Source of the DNA: Terracidiphilus sp.
GTDB taxonomy: Bacteria > Acidobacteriota > Terriglobia > Terriglobales > Acidobacteriaceae
Assembly (NCBI GenBank): GCA_035486155.1
Contig: DATHNJ010000105.1
Coordinates: forward strand, 1-59,122
Direction: 5' to 3'
DNA length: 59,122 bases
The notes under the pieces are model-generated. The model was not told where the DNA came from. It worked only from the letters and a program-made list of their open reading frames with translations, and ran no database searches. The position numbers and the translations under genes were made by a program. Positions 1 through 9,667 of this stretch are shown here, piece after piece; positions within the stretch are counted from its first letter, which is position 1; each line of letters begins with the position of its first letter.

Positions 1-2
1 GC

Positions 3-3000
3 CAGGTGGTGCTCATCCCCGAACAGCCCAATGTTCTCGATGTGCAGATGGAGATCGGCGAAGCGCAAGAGACGGTCACCGTGAATGGCTCTGCCGCTCC
101 GCTGCTCGACACAGGCACTGCAACGGTCAGCGCCACCATCAGCAGCGACGAGATACAGCATCTGCCTTCATTCAATCGCGATGTGTTCCAACTCGCGCAG
201 TTGGCGCCGGGCACATTCGGCGACGCCTCGCAGGCAGCGGGCGGCGGCAGTAACAATTTGCCGGGCAATGCCGGACCGGGCGGCTCGGCGGGCGGATCCT
301 CAGGAATCTTCCAGACCGAAAATCAGGTACAGGTGCAGGCGCGCGGCAGCCAGATAGGCACCAACAGCGTCTCAATCGATGGCATCAGTACGGTGAGCGC
401 AGTGTGGGGCGGCGCGTCCGACATTACCCCAAGCGAAGACTCGGTGCAGGACGTCAAAATAGTCTCCAACAGCTACGACGCTGAAGTTGGCCGCTTCAGT
501 GGCGGTCAGATTCAGGTCACTTCGAAGAGCGGCACAAACGACGTGCACGGCAGCGCATTCTTCAAAGCCTCGCGTCCCGGTCTTAATGCGTACCAGCGCT
601 GGAACGGATTGGGCTCCGTCGGTTCCGGCACGCCTGCGGCGCGCGGACTCAACCGCGACGAAAACCGCTTCAACAACTACGGGGGCAGCCTTGGCGGGCC
701 GTTTTGGCGCAATCGCATCTTCGGTTTCTTCAACTACGAGACCAGCCCGCTCGCAGCCACAACTACCGCGCAAAGTTGGTATGAGACCTCTCAGTTCGAC
801 AGCTCCGCGGGACCTACCGGAAGCATCGCGTCAAAATATTTGACTTATAAGGGCGAGGGAGTGGCCGCAGCCGGAATCATCCCGGAGACCTGCGCACAGA
901 TCGGACTGGTCGAAGGCGTGAACTGCGCCACGACTACGGGGGGTCTCGATGTGGGGTCACCATTGAAGTCGGCGCTCGGCGCACAGGATCCAACCTACGG
1001 CGGTTCAACCTCGAATCCTGGTGTCGGCGGCGGCCTCGACGGCGTGCCCGATCTCGCTTTGTTCAGCACCGTGAACCCGGAAACCACGACGCAGCAGCAG
1101 TACAACGGCCGCCTTGATGCGCAGGTACGGCAGAACGATCATCTCGCATTCACCATCTACTGGGTTCCTGTCTCCAGCACGGATTACAACGGGCCGGTGC
1201 GCGCTGCAAACTTCTGGCATCATTCGCAGACCAACGACGCGGTCTCGATTATCTGGAACCACACCTTCAGCGGAACGTTGCTCAATCAGGCGCGCGCCAA
1301 CGCCGCCGGCTGGCGCTGGAACGAAGTCACATCGAACCCGCAGGAGCCTTTCGGGCTGCCCCAGGACAACATCGACAACATGGGCAGCCTGGGAGGCAAC
1401 GGCAACTTTCAGTTCTTTGGCCCTCCGGGCCCCAGTAACTTCAACCAGTGGACCTACGACTACAACGACACGCTGACGAAGATCCTGGGCCGGCACAGCA
1501 TCAAAACCGGCGGTGACTTCACGCGTCTCTACTTCCTCAACAATCCGACTTACTCCGCGCGGCCTTCTTTCTCTTTCCGCAACCTCTGGGACTTCGCCAA
1601 CGACGCGCCTTATCAGGAGACCGGACAGTTCGACGCCGCAACCGGCGTGCCCTTCGCCAATCGGCAGGACGATCGCGTCAATCTGCTTGGCTTTTTCGTG
1701 CAGGATGATGTCAAGTTTCGTCCGAACCTCACCATCAATGCGGGCCTGCGCTGGTCGTGGTTTGGTCCGTTCTACTCCAAGGAAAATAACCTCGACGTTC
1801 TTCGCTTTGGCTCGGGCTCAGCGGCCCTTACCAATCTCAATGTGCGCGTCGGCGGCAATCTCATCACGCCCGCAAAATGGGACTTTGGACCGCAGCTTGG
1901 ATTTGCGTGGCTGCCGAAGCAATCCCATGACCGCCTCGTAGTTCGCGGCGGATTCGGAATCAACTACAACCAGAACGAAATCGCGATTATCTCCAATGGC
2001 ATTGGCAACCCGCCCAACGCGGTGCAGGCTTCCTTCTGCTGCTCTACGCCCACAGCCAATGCGTCCGGCATCTTCTACGAGACAGCGTCGAATATCACCT
2101 CATTGTTCGGCTTTGCACCCAATCCGGCGACGATCACCGCGTTCGGCTCGAACAACCTTCCTGTCAGCGCGACTGCAAGCCCAATCTCGTTGACTGGCTT
2201 CGATTCCAACCCGAAGACGATCATGAACTACCACTACTCGCTCGACACGCAATACCAGTTCCCGTACTCGGTCATCGCGACGCTCGGCTATCAGGGCAGC
2301 CAGTCGCGTCACCTGCTGACCCAATACAACGCCAACGTAGTCGCTGCAGCTGACGGAGCCCCGCTCAATCCCGCGGTCAATTTCATCGACTATTACGCCA
2401 ACGGCGCCTCGGCGAACTACAACGCGCTTATCGCAACCTTGAAGCACAGCCTATCGCACGGCTTCAACGTCGAAGCTCAATACACCTGGGCTAAGACCAT
2501 GGACGAAAACACCAGTCCTTACGAAGAAGATCCGTATCCGTATAACGTGCACAACGCCTACGGTCGTTCGGACTCTAACGTTGCCGACGCCTTTAAGCTC
2601 TTCGGTCTCTGGCAGCCAGCTTTCTTCCATAGCGACAACTGGCAAGAGAAGATTGTGGGCGGCTGGTCGATCAGCGGAATCTTCAACTGGCATACCGGCT
2701 TCCCGTTCAACCCGCTCTACAATTCGAATACTCCTGGCGGCCTCTACTACAACGGCAGTCAAATCACGCAACTTCGTCCGGCTGCGTACACCGGAGGCGC
2801 CGGGCAGAGAACCGGAAACAGCGCATTCATGCAAACCAACAACCCGAACTACAGCGGCAACGGCACTAAATTCCTCACGCCGCCGACCTTTGTCGCCGGA
2901 CCTGCATTTCCGGCGGTCGCTCCGCCACCTGCGCCGGGGATTCATCGCAACAGCCTAAATGGTCCTGGCTACAACGACTTTGACGGCTCTCTCACCAAAG

Positions 3001-3230
3001 GCTTCGGCTTCCCCAGCAATCGTGTTCTTGGCGAGCGTGCGCGACTGGAATTCCGCGCAGACTTCTATAACCTGTTCAACAAGATCAATCTCAACCCATC
3101 GAACATCGATAACATCCTCGGCTCAGTGAACCCGGATGGCAGCGTCAGTTCCGTCAACTCCGACTTCGGCGTCGCGAGAACGGCGCTGGGATCGCGAACC
3201 ATCCAGTTGCAATCGCGGTTCAGCTTCTAA
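3..3230 (+). CDS. TonB-dependent receptor (acidobacterial Oar-like type), 5' end outside window
   Basis: >1070 aa ORF open from the window edge; plug-type motifs (SVQDVKIVSNSYDAEVGR, KSGTN..HGSAF), alternating beta-strand patterns, C-terminal ...RTIQLQSRFSF ending in Phe. Confidence 0.9.
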   Translation, partial: QVVLIPEQPNVLDVQMEIGEAQETVTVNGSAAPLLDTGTATVSATISSDEIQHLPSFNRDVFQLAQLAPGTFGDASQAAGGGSNNLPGNAGPGGSAGGSSGIFQTENQVQVQARGSQIGTNSVSIDGISTVSAVWGGASDITPSEDSVQDVKIVSNSYDAEVGRFSGGQIQVTSKSGTNDVHGSAFFKASRPGLNAYQRWNGLGSVGSGTPAARGLNRDENRFNNYGGSLGGPFWRNRIFGFFNYETSPLAATTTAQSWYETSQFDSSAGPTGSIASKYLTYKGEGVAAAGIIPETCAQIGLVEGVNCATTTGGLDVGSPLKSALGAQDPTYGGSTSNPGVGGGLDGVPDLALFSTVNPETTTQQQYNGRLDAQVRQNDHLAFTIYWVPVSSTDYNGPVRAANFWHHSQTNDAVSIIWNHTFSGTLLNQARANAAGWRWNEVTSNPQEPFGLPQDNIDNMGSLGGNGNFQFFGPPGPSNFNQWTYDYNDTLTKILGRHSIKTGGDFTRLYFLNNPTYSARPSFSFRNLWDFANDAPYQETGQFDAATGVPFANRQDDRVNLLGFFVQDDVKFRPNLTINAGLRWSWFGPFYSKENNLDVLRFGSGSAALTNLNVRVGGNLITPAKWDFGPQLGFAWLPKQSHDRLVVRGGFGINYNQNEIAIISNGIGNPPNAVQASFCCSTPTANASGIFYETASNITSLFGFAPNPATITAFGSNNLPVSATASPISLTGFDSNPKTIMNYHYSLDTQYQFPYSVIATLGYQGSQSRHLLTQYNANVVAAADGAPLNPAVNFIDYYANGASANYNALIATLKHSLSHGFNVEAQYTWAKTMDENTSPYEEDPYPYNVHNAYGRSDSNVADAFKLFGLWQPAFFHSDNWQEKIVGGWSISGIFNWHTGFPFNPLYNSNTPGGLYYNGSQITQLRPAAYTGGAGQRTGNSAFMQTNNPNYSGNGTKFLTPPTFVAGPAFPAVAPPPAPGIHRNSLNGPGYNDFDGSLTKGFGFPSNRVLGERARLEFRADFYNLFNKINLNPSNIDNILGSVNPDGSVSSVNSDFGVARTALGSRTIQLQSRFSF

Positions 3231-3267
3231 ATAAACGATCCGTTCAAATGAACCGGCTAATAGAGGC

Positions 3268-3302
3268 AAAGAAAAGGGGCGCATCCAGCGCCCCTTTTCT
3301 TT
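3268..3302. terminator. Bidirectional intrinsic terminator between convergent TBDR and GH39 genes
   Basis: AAAGAAAAGGGGCGC-atcca-GCGCCCCTTTTCTTT, a 15-bp inverted repeat with A/T tracts on both sides. Confidence 0.85.
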
Positions 3303-3327
3303 TGTGGTCCTTGATGCATGAAGACTG

Positions 3328-4863
3328 CTATCGTCCGCCGATCTCCAGCACCGCCAGCCCATTTACCGGCAGCGTCAACTCCAGCGACCCATCGGCAAGT
3401 TTGCGGCGCTCCGGCGCCGGCAGCGCCGAAGCCGCATTCAGATCCTTGATCTGCTCCTGCGTCGGGAAGTGGGGGCTGCCCATCGCGCGATACGCAGTTA
3501 ATGGATTCCCATGCTTATTATCCACACGCTGGATCGTCACCGCTGCGTGCGGAGACATTCCCTTGAAGGTAAGCCGTAGCGTTACAGGTTCGGACTGCGT
3601 CACCTTATCCATATCGACCAGGTTCCACGCGGCGACGACGAGACTGCCGTCCTTTTTGCGTGTCACCAGCAGGTTATCGGCTGAGTTCTCGATCCGCTCG
3701 TCTCCCAGCTCATGCAATAACTCGAAATCATAAAAGCTAGGCTTCTTGATCCGATCAGGCGCTATGAGTCCAAAGCCGTTGTCGAACGGCTGATTTTTCA
3801 CGCCGCCCTCTTCAAAGACATCGTCGAAGGTCCACCACGACATCAGGTTCACCTGTCCATCGCATTCACTAATGTCTCGTGCCAGCGCAGGCCCCACATA
3901 CCAGTTATCGCGCGCCCCCAGATCGCCAAACGATGGCACATTCCACTCCGACCAGATCAACGGCAACGACGGCGACGGCGAAGCGCCAATCTCGTCATGC
4001 ACCTTCTTCACCGCGCGGCATACGCGATCGCGCATAGGGATGTCTTCGTCTGTTCCAAACAAGTCCTTCACTGTGTCATCGGCGTAGCCGTGCGTCGAAA
4101 CAAAGTCGATCGGAATGTGCTCGCTATTCACATGATTGAGAAACTCGGGAATCCAGTGCGCCGCCGCTGTTGCAGGGCCGCCCACGCGTAACTTCTGATT
4201 CACGCCTTTCACGTCCCGCGCGGTGTGGTCGTATAACTCGAAGTAAGTCGCCTGCTTTGGTTCGCCGGCCCAGAAATCGATATTCGGTTCGTTCCATACT
4301 TCGAAGTACCACTGCGAGACTTCGTCGATTCCGTAACGATCGACGAGATGCTGCACGAAGGCGCGGACAAGCTCGTCCCACTTGGCGTAATCCTTCGGCG
4401 GGGCAACGTTTTGCTTGTACCAGAAGGGATGAATCGCCGGCTTCGACGCAAGCTTGTAGGGCATAAAGCTGATCTCCACAAAGGGCCGCACGCCGCGCGC
4501 CAGTAGCCCATCGTAGATCTGATCCACATTGGTCCAGTTGAAAACTGGATTGCCGTTCTTGTCCTCGTCGTACACGCCATTCTCATCGTGGAAGATGGCG
4601 TGAAAACGTACATAGCGCATGCCGATGTTGTCGTGTACGTCCTTCAGGTCGTCGAGATAGTTCTCGCGCAGGGCGAGCACGGCTCTTCCCGATCCGAACA
4701 TCTGATCCCAGAAGTGCGGAAAGGGATGGGTCGCCGCGTGCGCGTCGATGGTGATCGCAGATGGAGTCTCGGTTTGCGCGCCGGCAAGTGAGCCGGTCAA
4801 TGAGAAGGTCAGGGCGAAAGTCAGAGAAAGCTTCAGGAGCAAAGGGGCGACTGCAATGCGCAT
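3328..4863 (-). CDS. Secreted glycoside hydrolase family 39 (beta-xylosidase-like)
   Basis: Signal peptide; YVRFH, PFVEISFMP, FEVWNEP acid/base motif, GGPA, DFVSTHGY, SEWN nucleophile, SWWTFDDVFEE. Confidence 0.9.
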   Translation of the reverse strand: MRIAVAPLLLKLSLTFALTFSLTGSLAGAQTETPSAITIDAHAATHPFPHFWDQMFGSGRAVLALRENYLDDLKDVHDNIGMRYVRFHAIFHDENGVYDEDKNGNPVFNWTNVDQIYDGLLARGVRPFVEISFMPYKLASKPAIHPFWYKQNVAPPKDYAKWDELVRAFVQHLVDRYGIDEVSQWYFEVWNEPNIDFWAGEPKQATYFELYDHTARDVKGVNQKLRVGGPATAAAHWIPEFLNHVNSEHIPIDFVSTHGYADDTVKDLFGTDEDIPMRDRVCRAVKKVHDEIGASPSPSLPLIWSEWNVPSFGDLGARDNWYVGPALARDISECDGQVNLMSWWTFDDVFEEGGVKNQPFDNGFGLIAPDRIKKPSFYDFELLHELGDERIENSADNLLVTRKKDGSLVVAAWNLVDMDKVTQSEPVTLRLTFKGMSPHAAVTIQRVDNKHGNPLTAYRAMGSPHFPTQEQIKDLNAASALPAPERRKLADGSLELTLPVNGLAVLEIGGR

Positions 4864-4998
4864 GAATTCATCCTCGGTCGTGGATCAGGTGAGTCAGAGG
4901 GCAGCGGAACGGCGGGAACATGTCGACGCCGCAAGATGGCGTGGTGTGGACCCACGTTATTAGGATGCTCGACTGCCATTGCTGATTTGCGCCACCAC

Positions 4999-5029
4999 AA
5001 AAAGGCCCGGCTGCGAAGACCGGGCCTTT
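4999..5029 (-). terminator. Intrinsic terminator after 5056-5640
   Basis: AAAGGCCCGG-N9-CCGGGCCTTT with a U-tract on the minus strand. Confidence 0.75.
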
Positions 5030-5055
5030 CGAGTTAAGCAAGTTTAGAGCAGGCG

Positions 5056-5640
5056 TCAGTACACAAAGGGACGCCCCATTAGGTGGGACATCGCTCGGTT
5101 GTAGCCACGCCGGAATCCCGCGCGATAGGCCTCGCGCACAGGAGGCGGAACGTGGGGATGGCGGAACTCGTCACGGTTCTCCGGAGTTGGAGGCCGGTGG
5201 TTTTCAAAGTCGCGCCGCGCGCCTTCGATGCCATCGTGGAATCCCTGGCGCTGCACGTCATTGAACTCATTCGGGAACGCATCCCACTGCGCCGGTGGAG
5301 GCGGAGGCGGAGCGGGCTGGAATCCCGCTCCGGGTCCAGGCCCGCCTCTCAAATGCGACATGGCGCGGTCATAGCCGCGACGGAACCCATCGCGAAAGGC
5401 TTCGCGCTGTGGCGGAGGCATGCGGGGATGGCGATAGATCTCGTGATCGTCAACGTTCGGAGGTCGGCGCATATCGAAATCATGACGCGCGGCTTCGATG
5501 CCTTCATGAAAACCCTGGCGTTGAATGTCGTTGAGTTCCTGTGGCGGAACATCCCATGGCCCTTGAGCGAAGGCCCGCGGCGCAACGGATGTTCCCAGGG
5601 TCAGAGCAACTGCGAGAATTGCAAGTCGGTTGAGATGCAT
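5056..5640 (-). CDS. Secreted hypothetical protein with two copies of a ~65-aa repeat domain
   Basis: Signal peptide ending AFA|QG; two WD..P....D.QRQGFH.GIE.AR.DF...RPP.......RHP..P...R...R.GFRRGY.RAMSHL units joined by a poly-Pro linker; GGAGA RBS. Confidence 0.8.
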   Translation of the reverse strand: MHLNRLAILAVALTLGTSVAPRAFAQGPWDVPPQELNDIQRQGFHEGIEAARHDFDMRRPPNVDDHEIYRHPRMPPPQREAFRDGFRRGYDRAMSHLRGGPGPGAGFQPAPPPPPPAQWDAFPNEFNDVQRQGFHDGIEGARRDFENHRPPTPENRDEFRHPHVPPPVREAYRAGFRRGYNRAMSHLMGRPFVY

Positions 5641-5812
5641 CGTTCGATCTCCTTTTGGGGTGGGGGTAGTTTGAAAGCCGGTCAGTTGATCTTCAAGTGG
5701 GTTATCGAATCTGTTGCCGGCGATTGGCCGCCGCTGCGCAAGACGCGCCAGCGGGCACGTCGATTGTATTCACGGTTGCGCGAGCCCGATAGATCACTTT
5801 TTATGAATTCAA

Positions 5813-5846
5813 AGAAAAACCCGGCCATTGCGGGCCGGGCTTTTCT
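5813..5846 (-). terminator. Intrinsic terminator between the two repeat-domain paralogs
   Basis: AGAAAA-ACCCGGCC / GGCCGGG-CTTTTCT inverted repeat with flanking A/T tracts. Confidence 0.7.
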
Positions 5847-5875
5847 GCTTGTTGACCTGGGAAAGGAATCAAAGA

Positions 5876-6223
5876 TCAATAATGGGGGCTGTTCAAGTGC
5901 GACATGGCGCGTTCGTAACCGGCGCGGAATCCGTCGCGATAGTCGCCGCGTAGGTCGTGGGAGACGGACGGATGGCGATATTCGTCGCGGTTCTCTACGT
6001 TTGGCGGCCGGTGGTTTTGGAAGTCCTTGCGCGCGCCTTCAATACCGTCATGAAAACCCTTGCGTTGCGCATCGCGGAACTCTCCCGGGGGCTGATCCCA
6101 GTCATGGTCGTGGTCATACTGCGCGGCTGCGGGGCTCGCCGCAGCTACTGCGCTTGCCTTGCTCGGAGCGAAACAAAACAGCGAAAGAGCAAGCATGGGA
6201 AGGAAAATCCATCTCAATTTCAT
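5876..6223 (-). CDS. Secreted paralog with one copy of the same repeat domain (115 aa)
   Basis: ATG 6223 preceded by GGAGG; signal peptide MKLRWIFLPMLALSLF..; WDQPPGEFRDAQRKGFHDGIEGARKDF..RPP..YRHP..GFRAGYERAMSHL. Confidence 0.8.
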   Translation of the reverse strand: MKLRWIFLPMLALSLFCFAPSKASAVAAASPAAAQYDHDHDWDQPPGEFRDAQRKGFHDGIEGARKDFQNHRPPNVENRDEYRHPSVSHDLRGDYRDGFRAGYERAMSHLNSPHY

Positions 6224-6369
6224 CGCTCGGAAACCTCCGTTCTTGCGAGTGAGATGGTCACCTCCTCGCGCTCTGTTGCCCGGGTCGGCGATTAAATCAT
6301 GAGCCCGCTCGAGTAAGTGGACGAAAGCCTCCTGTTTCAGGGACATCTGCGATACGTTACGATGCATTC

Positions 6370-7239
6370 ATGCCGCCGCTGCTAGAAGCCCGTGATCTGG
6401 GCATCGATTTTGGGACAACCAAAGCCGTGCATGGCGTCAACTTCCAGCTTGGCGAGGACGAAGTCCTCGGACTCGTTGGCGAATCAGGCTCAGGCAAAAG
6501 CGCAACGTCGCTGGCGATTCTCGGATTGCTGCCGCCCATTGCGAAAACATCGGGCCAGATTTTCTGGCGCTCGGATCATACGCAGGGCAGCACGCACTCA
6601 GCGGCTGATCCAATGTTGGGTTCGCATCTTGACCTGTTGCGGCAACCGATCGCGGCCCTTCGCCGCATCCGTGGCCGCGAAATCGCCATGATCTTTCAAG
6701 AGCCGATGACGGCGCTGAACCCCGTGATGACCATCGGCCGCCAAGTGGCCGAGTGCGCCGAAGCCCACGCGCCTTCATTGAGCCGCAGAGAATCCAAACG
6801 CCGGGCGATTGAGGCGCTGGAGGCAGTCGCCATTCCGGAAGCCGCGCGGCGCTTCGACGACTACTCCCATCAGTTCTCCGGCGGTCAACGCCAACGCATT
6901 CTCATCGCCATGGCGCTCATCAACCGTCCGCGACTGCTGATTGCCGATGAGCCGACCACAGCGCTTGACGTCACAGTGCAGGCGCAGATCTTGGCTCTGC
7001 TTGCACAACTGCAGCGGGAGTATGGGCTTTCAATGCTCTTCATCTCGCACGATCTCGCTGTCGTGGGCCAAGTCGCGAGCCGTGTCGCTGTTATGCGCTC
7101 CGGCCAGATCGTCGAAATGGGTTCGACCCAGCAGATCCTGACTGCGCCGGCGCATCCCTATACGCGCAGCCTGCTCGCCGCGGTTCCTTCGATGCGGACC
7201 GATCGCACGCAACCACTGGCGATGGTGGCTGGGGCTTAG
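6370..7239 (+). CDS. Peptide/nickel ABC transporter ATP-binding protein (DppD/OppD-like), no adjacent permease genes
   Basis: Walker A GESGSGKS, IFQEPMTALNP, FSGGQRQR, LLIADEPTTALD, ISHDL, HPYT. Confidence 0.92.
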   Translation: MPPLLEARDLGIDFGTTKAVHGVNFQLGEDEVLGLVGESGSGKSATSLAILGLLPPIAKTSGQIFWRSDHTQGSTHSAADPMLGSHLDLLRQPIAALRRIRGREIAMIFQEPMTALNPVMTIGRQVAECAEAHAPSLSRRESKRRAIEALEAVAIPEAARRFDDYSHQFSGGQRQRILIAMALINRPRLLIADEPTTALDVTVQAQILALLAQLQREYGLSMLFISHDLAVVGQVASRVAVMRSGQIVEMGSTQQILTAPAHPYTRSLLAAVPSMRTDRTQPLAMVAGA

Positions 7240-7263
7240 AGATATACTCTGGGCAAAGACCAG

Positions 7264-7854
7264 ATGAGCCTGAAACCCATGCCGCAACGAAACCGCCTAT
7301 GCGCCCTGTCGCTGCTCGTCTTTGTTTCGTTCTGCGTCGCGCCCTGTATCTCACTTTGTCATGGGCAAACCGCCACTCACAAAAAGGCTGCGGCGCCGAC
7401 CAAGCCTGACCCCACCGAGCCCGAGCTGGTCGAGTACATTCGTGGCGCGCTTCTGTCGCTCAGTCCGAACGATGGCATCAACGACAACGTCGAAGTCCGC
7501 TACGACGACACTACGAAGGTGCTCACCATGACGACGCCGAGCGGGCGCTGCGATGTCTTTCTCGCCTCGCTCAACCCCAACAACATTGTGTGGGACACCT
7601 TCGATCCAAGCGACAGCGACCGCCCGCGTGAGAAGCTGGTGCGGCTGACGATGGTCTCGGTGCTCGGCAAGACGGCGCGCACCTGTTACGACAAGCAGGA
7701 TCACGTCGATACGACGCTGACCGCCAATCGCGCGCGCTTTCTCTTTTCCGAGCCAAAAACGGATGACGTACCTGATTTTCAGGGGAAGATGAGCAAGGCC
7801 ATCAAGAAGCTGATCGTGCTTGACGGCGGCGCGCCGGAGAAGGATATCTTCTAG
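7264..7854 (+). CDS. Exported hypothetical protein
   Basis: 196-aa ORF with N-terminal hydrophobic signal and typical codon usage. Confidence 0.7.
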   Translation: MSLKPMPQRNRLCALSLLVFVSFCVAPCISLCHGQTATHKKAAAPTKPDPTEPELVEYIRGALLSLSPNDGINDNVEVRYDDTTKVLTMTTPSGRCDVFLASLNPNNIVWDTFDPSDSDRPREKLVRLTMVSVLGKTARTCYDKQDHVDTTLTANRARFLFSEPKTDDVPDFQGKMSKAIKKLIVLDGGAPEKDIF

Positions 7855-7969
7855 AGGCATCGCGAGTTCATTCCGCGATTCGCCCAGAGACACGACCGCC
7901 CCCGACTGCTCGGAGGCGGCAATGCGTGATTAGAGTGCGCCGCGAACAAGGGCGACGTGTACCTAACAG

Positions 7970-8440
7970 TTAGCCGGCGACGACTTCTTCGGCAACCGCG
8001 TCGCCTACCACCTGCACCTTGATGTGCGCGGTGACTTCGCGATGCAGCTTGATGGAGATCGTGTAATCGCCAATGTTCTTTAATGGTTCGGTCAACTGAA
8101 TCTTGCGGCGATCGACATCGAAACCCTTCGCCGTCAGATCGCTCGCGACATCGGACGATGTTACCGATCCGAAGAGTTGCCCATTTTCGCCCGACTTCCG
8201 GGTAAAGCTCAATGCCACATGCTCAAGCTTTACAAGCAGATCTTCTGCCTGCGCCTTCTCTGTTGCGGAACGGCGCGCAGCTGCAGCCTTCATCTGCTCG
8301 ATTACGCTCTTATTGGCTTCTGTAGCCTGCATCGCCAACTTGCGCGGCAGCAGGAAATTGCGGCCGTAGCCATCGGCCACCTTCACCACGTCGCCGCGGT
8401 GGCCTAGATTGGCTACGTCTTCCTTCAAAATGACTTCCAT
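7970..8440 (-). CDS. rplI: 50S ribosomal protein L9
   Basis: MEVILKEDVANLGHRGDVVKVADGYGRNFLLP, LFGSVT, IKLHREV; ATG 8440 with GGAGA RBS. Confidence 0.97.
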   Translation of the reverse strand: MEVILKEDVANLGHRGDVVKVADGYGRNFLLPRKLAMQATEANKSVIEQMKAAAARRSATEKAQAEDLLVKLEHVALSFTRKSGENGQLFGSVTSSDVASDLTAKGFDVDRRKIQLTEPLKNIGDYTISIKLHREVTAHIKVQVVGDAVAEEVVAG

Positions 8441-8627
8441 TGTGAGATTCTCCAATGTTACTTACGGCGCCGGTTTGTTAGACACGGCCCCAACCGAGGG
8501 GTTGCGCCGCGCAGGATTCTATATCGGCGCCCAATGCGTTGTCTCCTGACCTATCGGGCGAATTTCCCCCGCTGTAACTACAACTATCGGGGTATGGCTC
8601 ACCGGAGCCGCCAGGAAGCCTGGTCGT

Positions 8628-8996
8628 CTAGTGATGCGTAGCAAACGGCAACAGGGCGATATTCCGCGCCTGCTTGATGGCGCGAGTCAGGCGCCGCTGG
8701 TGCGTGGTACAGACGCCAGTTAAACGACGCGGCACGATCTTCCCGCGCTCGGCCACAAACTGTTGCAGAAGCCGCACATCGCGGTACGGGATTGCGTCGA
8801 TCTTTTCCGTACAGAACTTGCAAACCTTCTTGCGGCGGAAAAACTTGCCGCGTCCGCCGGGACCGCCGCCAGGACGTCCGCCCGGACGTCTTTCCCCGCC
8901 CTGACCGCCTCCGGGGCCGCCTGAACCCCCTGGCCCTGGCGTGGGTGCTGCCGAGCCCCCCTCGGGAGCCCTATTCGTTGTTGTTTCGTCAGCCAT
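8628..8996 (-). CDS. rpsR: 30S ribosomal protein S18 with Gly/Pro-rich N-terminal extension
   Basis: [39 protein letters not shown]. Confidence 0.97.
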   Translation of the reverse strand: MADETTTNRAPEGGSAAPTPGPGGSGGPGGGQGGERRPGGRPGGGPGGRGKFFRRKKVCKFCTEKIDAIPYRDVRLLQQFVAERGKIVPRRLTGVCTTHQRRLTRAIKQARNIALLPFATHH

Positions 8997-9093
8997 GTTC
9001 TATCCTCGTTACTCTCTTTGCTCCCAATGTCCTCAATAGACATCAGATGCACTCAGTTAAGACGCGGTCGCGCCGGAGAAAAATGTCTCGTCG

Positions 9094-9546
9094 TCAGGCC
9101 GATGCCTGGACGGCTTCGACCGGCGCGGCCGTAGCCGGGGGCGCAGCCGCAGCGGGAGGCGCAGGCACGGGTGCAGGCGCAGCGGAAGCAGCCGGTTCCG
9201 CGCTCAGCTTCTTGCGCGTGGCGCGGATCGCCTTGATCTTGGCCAGACGCTTCTCTTCCTCGTCGATGCGCACGGTGATGAACTTGATCACCGGCTCGGA
9301 GACGCGCAAACGGCGCTCGAGCTCAGCCACCACTGCGCCGCCGGCCTCGATGGTCATCAGCACGTAGTTGCCGTCGTTGAACTTGCGCACGATGTAAGCA
9401 AGCTTGCGCCGTCCCATCTTCTCCACGTTCTTCACTACGCCGCCGCCGTTGGTGACGGAGGCAGTGAAGCCAGCGATCAGCTTGTCGACTTCCTCTTCGA
9501 CCACATCAGGTCGAACGATAAACATTGCTTCATACAAACGCGACAT
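9094..9546 (-). CDS. rpsF: 30S ribosomal protein S6
   Basis: YEAMFIVRPD, GRRKLAYIV, GNYVLM; Ala/Pro-rich tail; directly upstream of rpsR. Confidence 0.96.
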   Translation of the reverse strand: MSRLYEAMFIVRPDVVEEEVDKLIAGFTASVTNGGGVVKNVEKMGRRKLAYIVRKFNDGNYVLMTIEAGGAVVAELERRLRVSEPVIKFITVRIDEEEKRLAKIKAIRATRKKLSAEPAASAAPAPVPAPPAAAAPPATAAPVEAVQASA

Positions 9547-9562
9547 CCGGTTTCCTCTTCTG

Positions 9563-9597
9563 CAGTTCTCAGTTCACAGTTCGTAGTTCTCAGTCCC
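9563..9597. repeat. Tandem heptamer array (YAGTTCH-like, 5 units)
   Basis: cagttct cagttca cagttcg tagttct cagtccc. Confidence 0.8.
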
Positions 9598-9667
9598 GAG
9601 TCCGACTCTGCTGCGCCCTGTTCCTGCTCTCTTCCCTAATCTCTCGGTCCCTTCGGGCTTTTGATCC

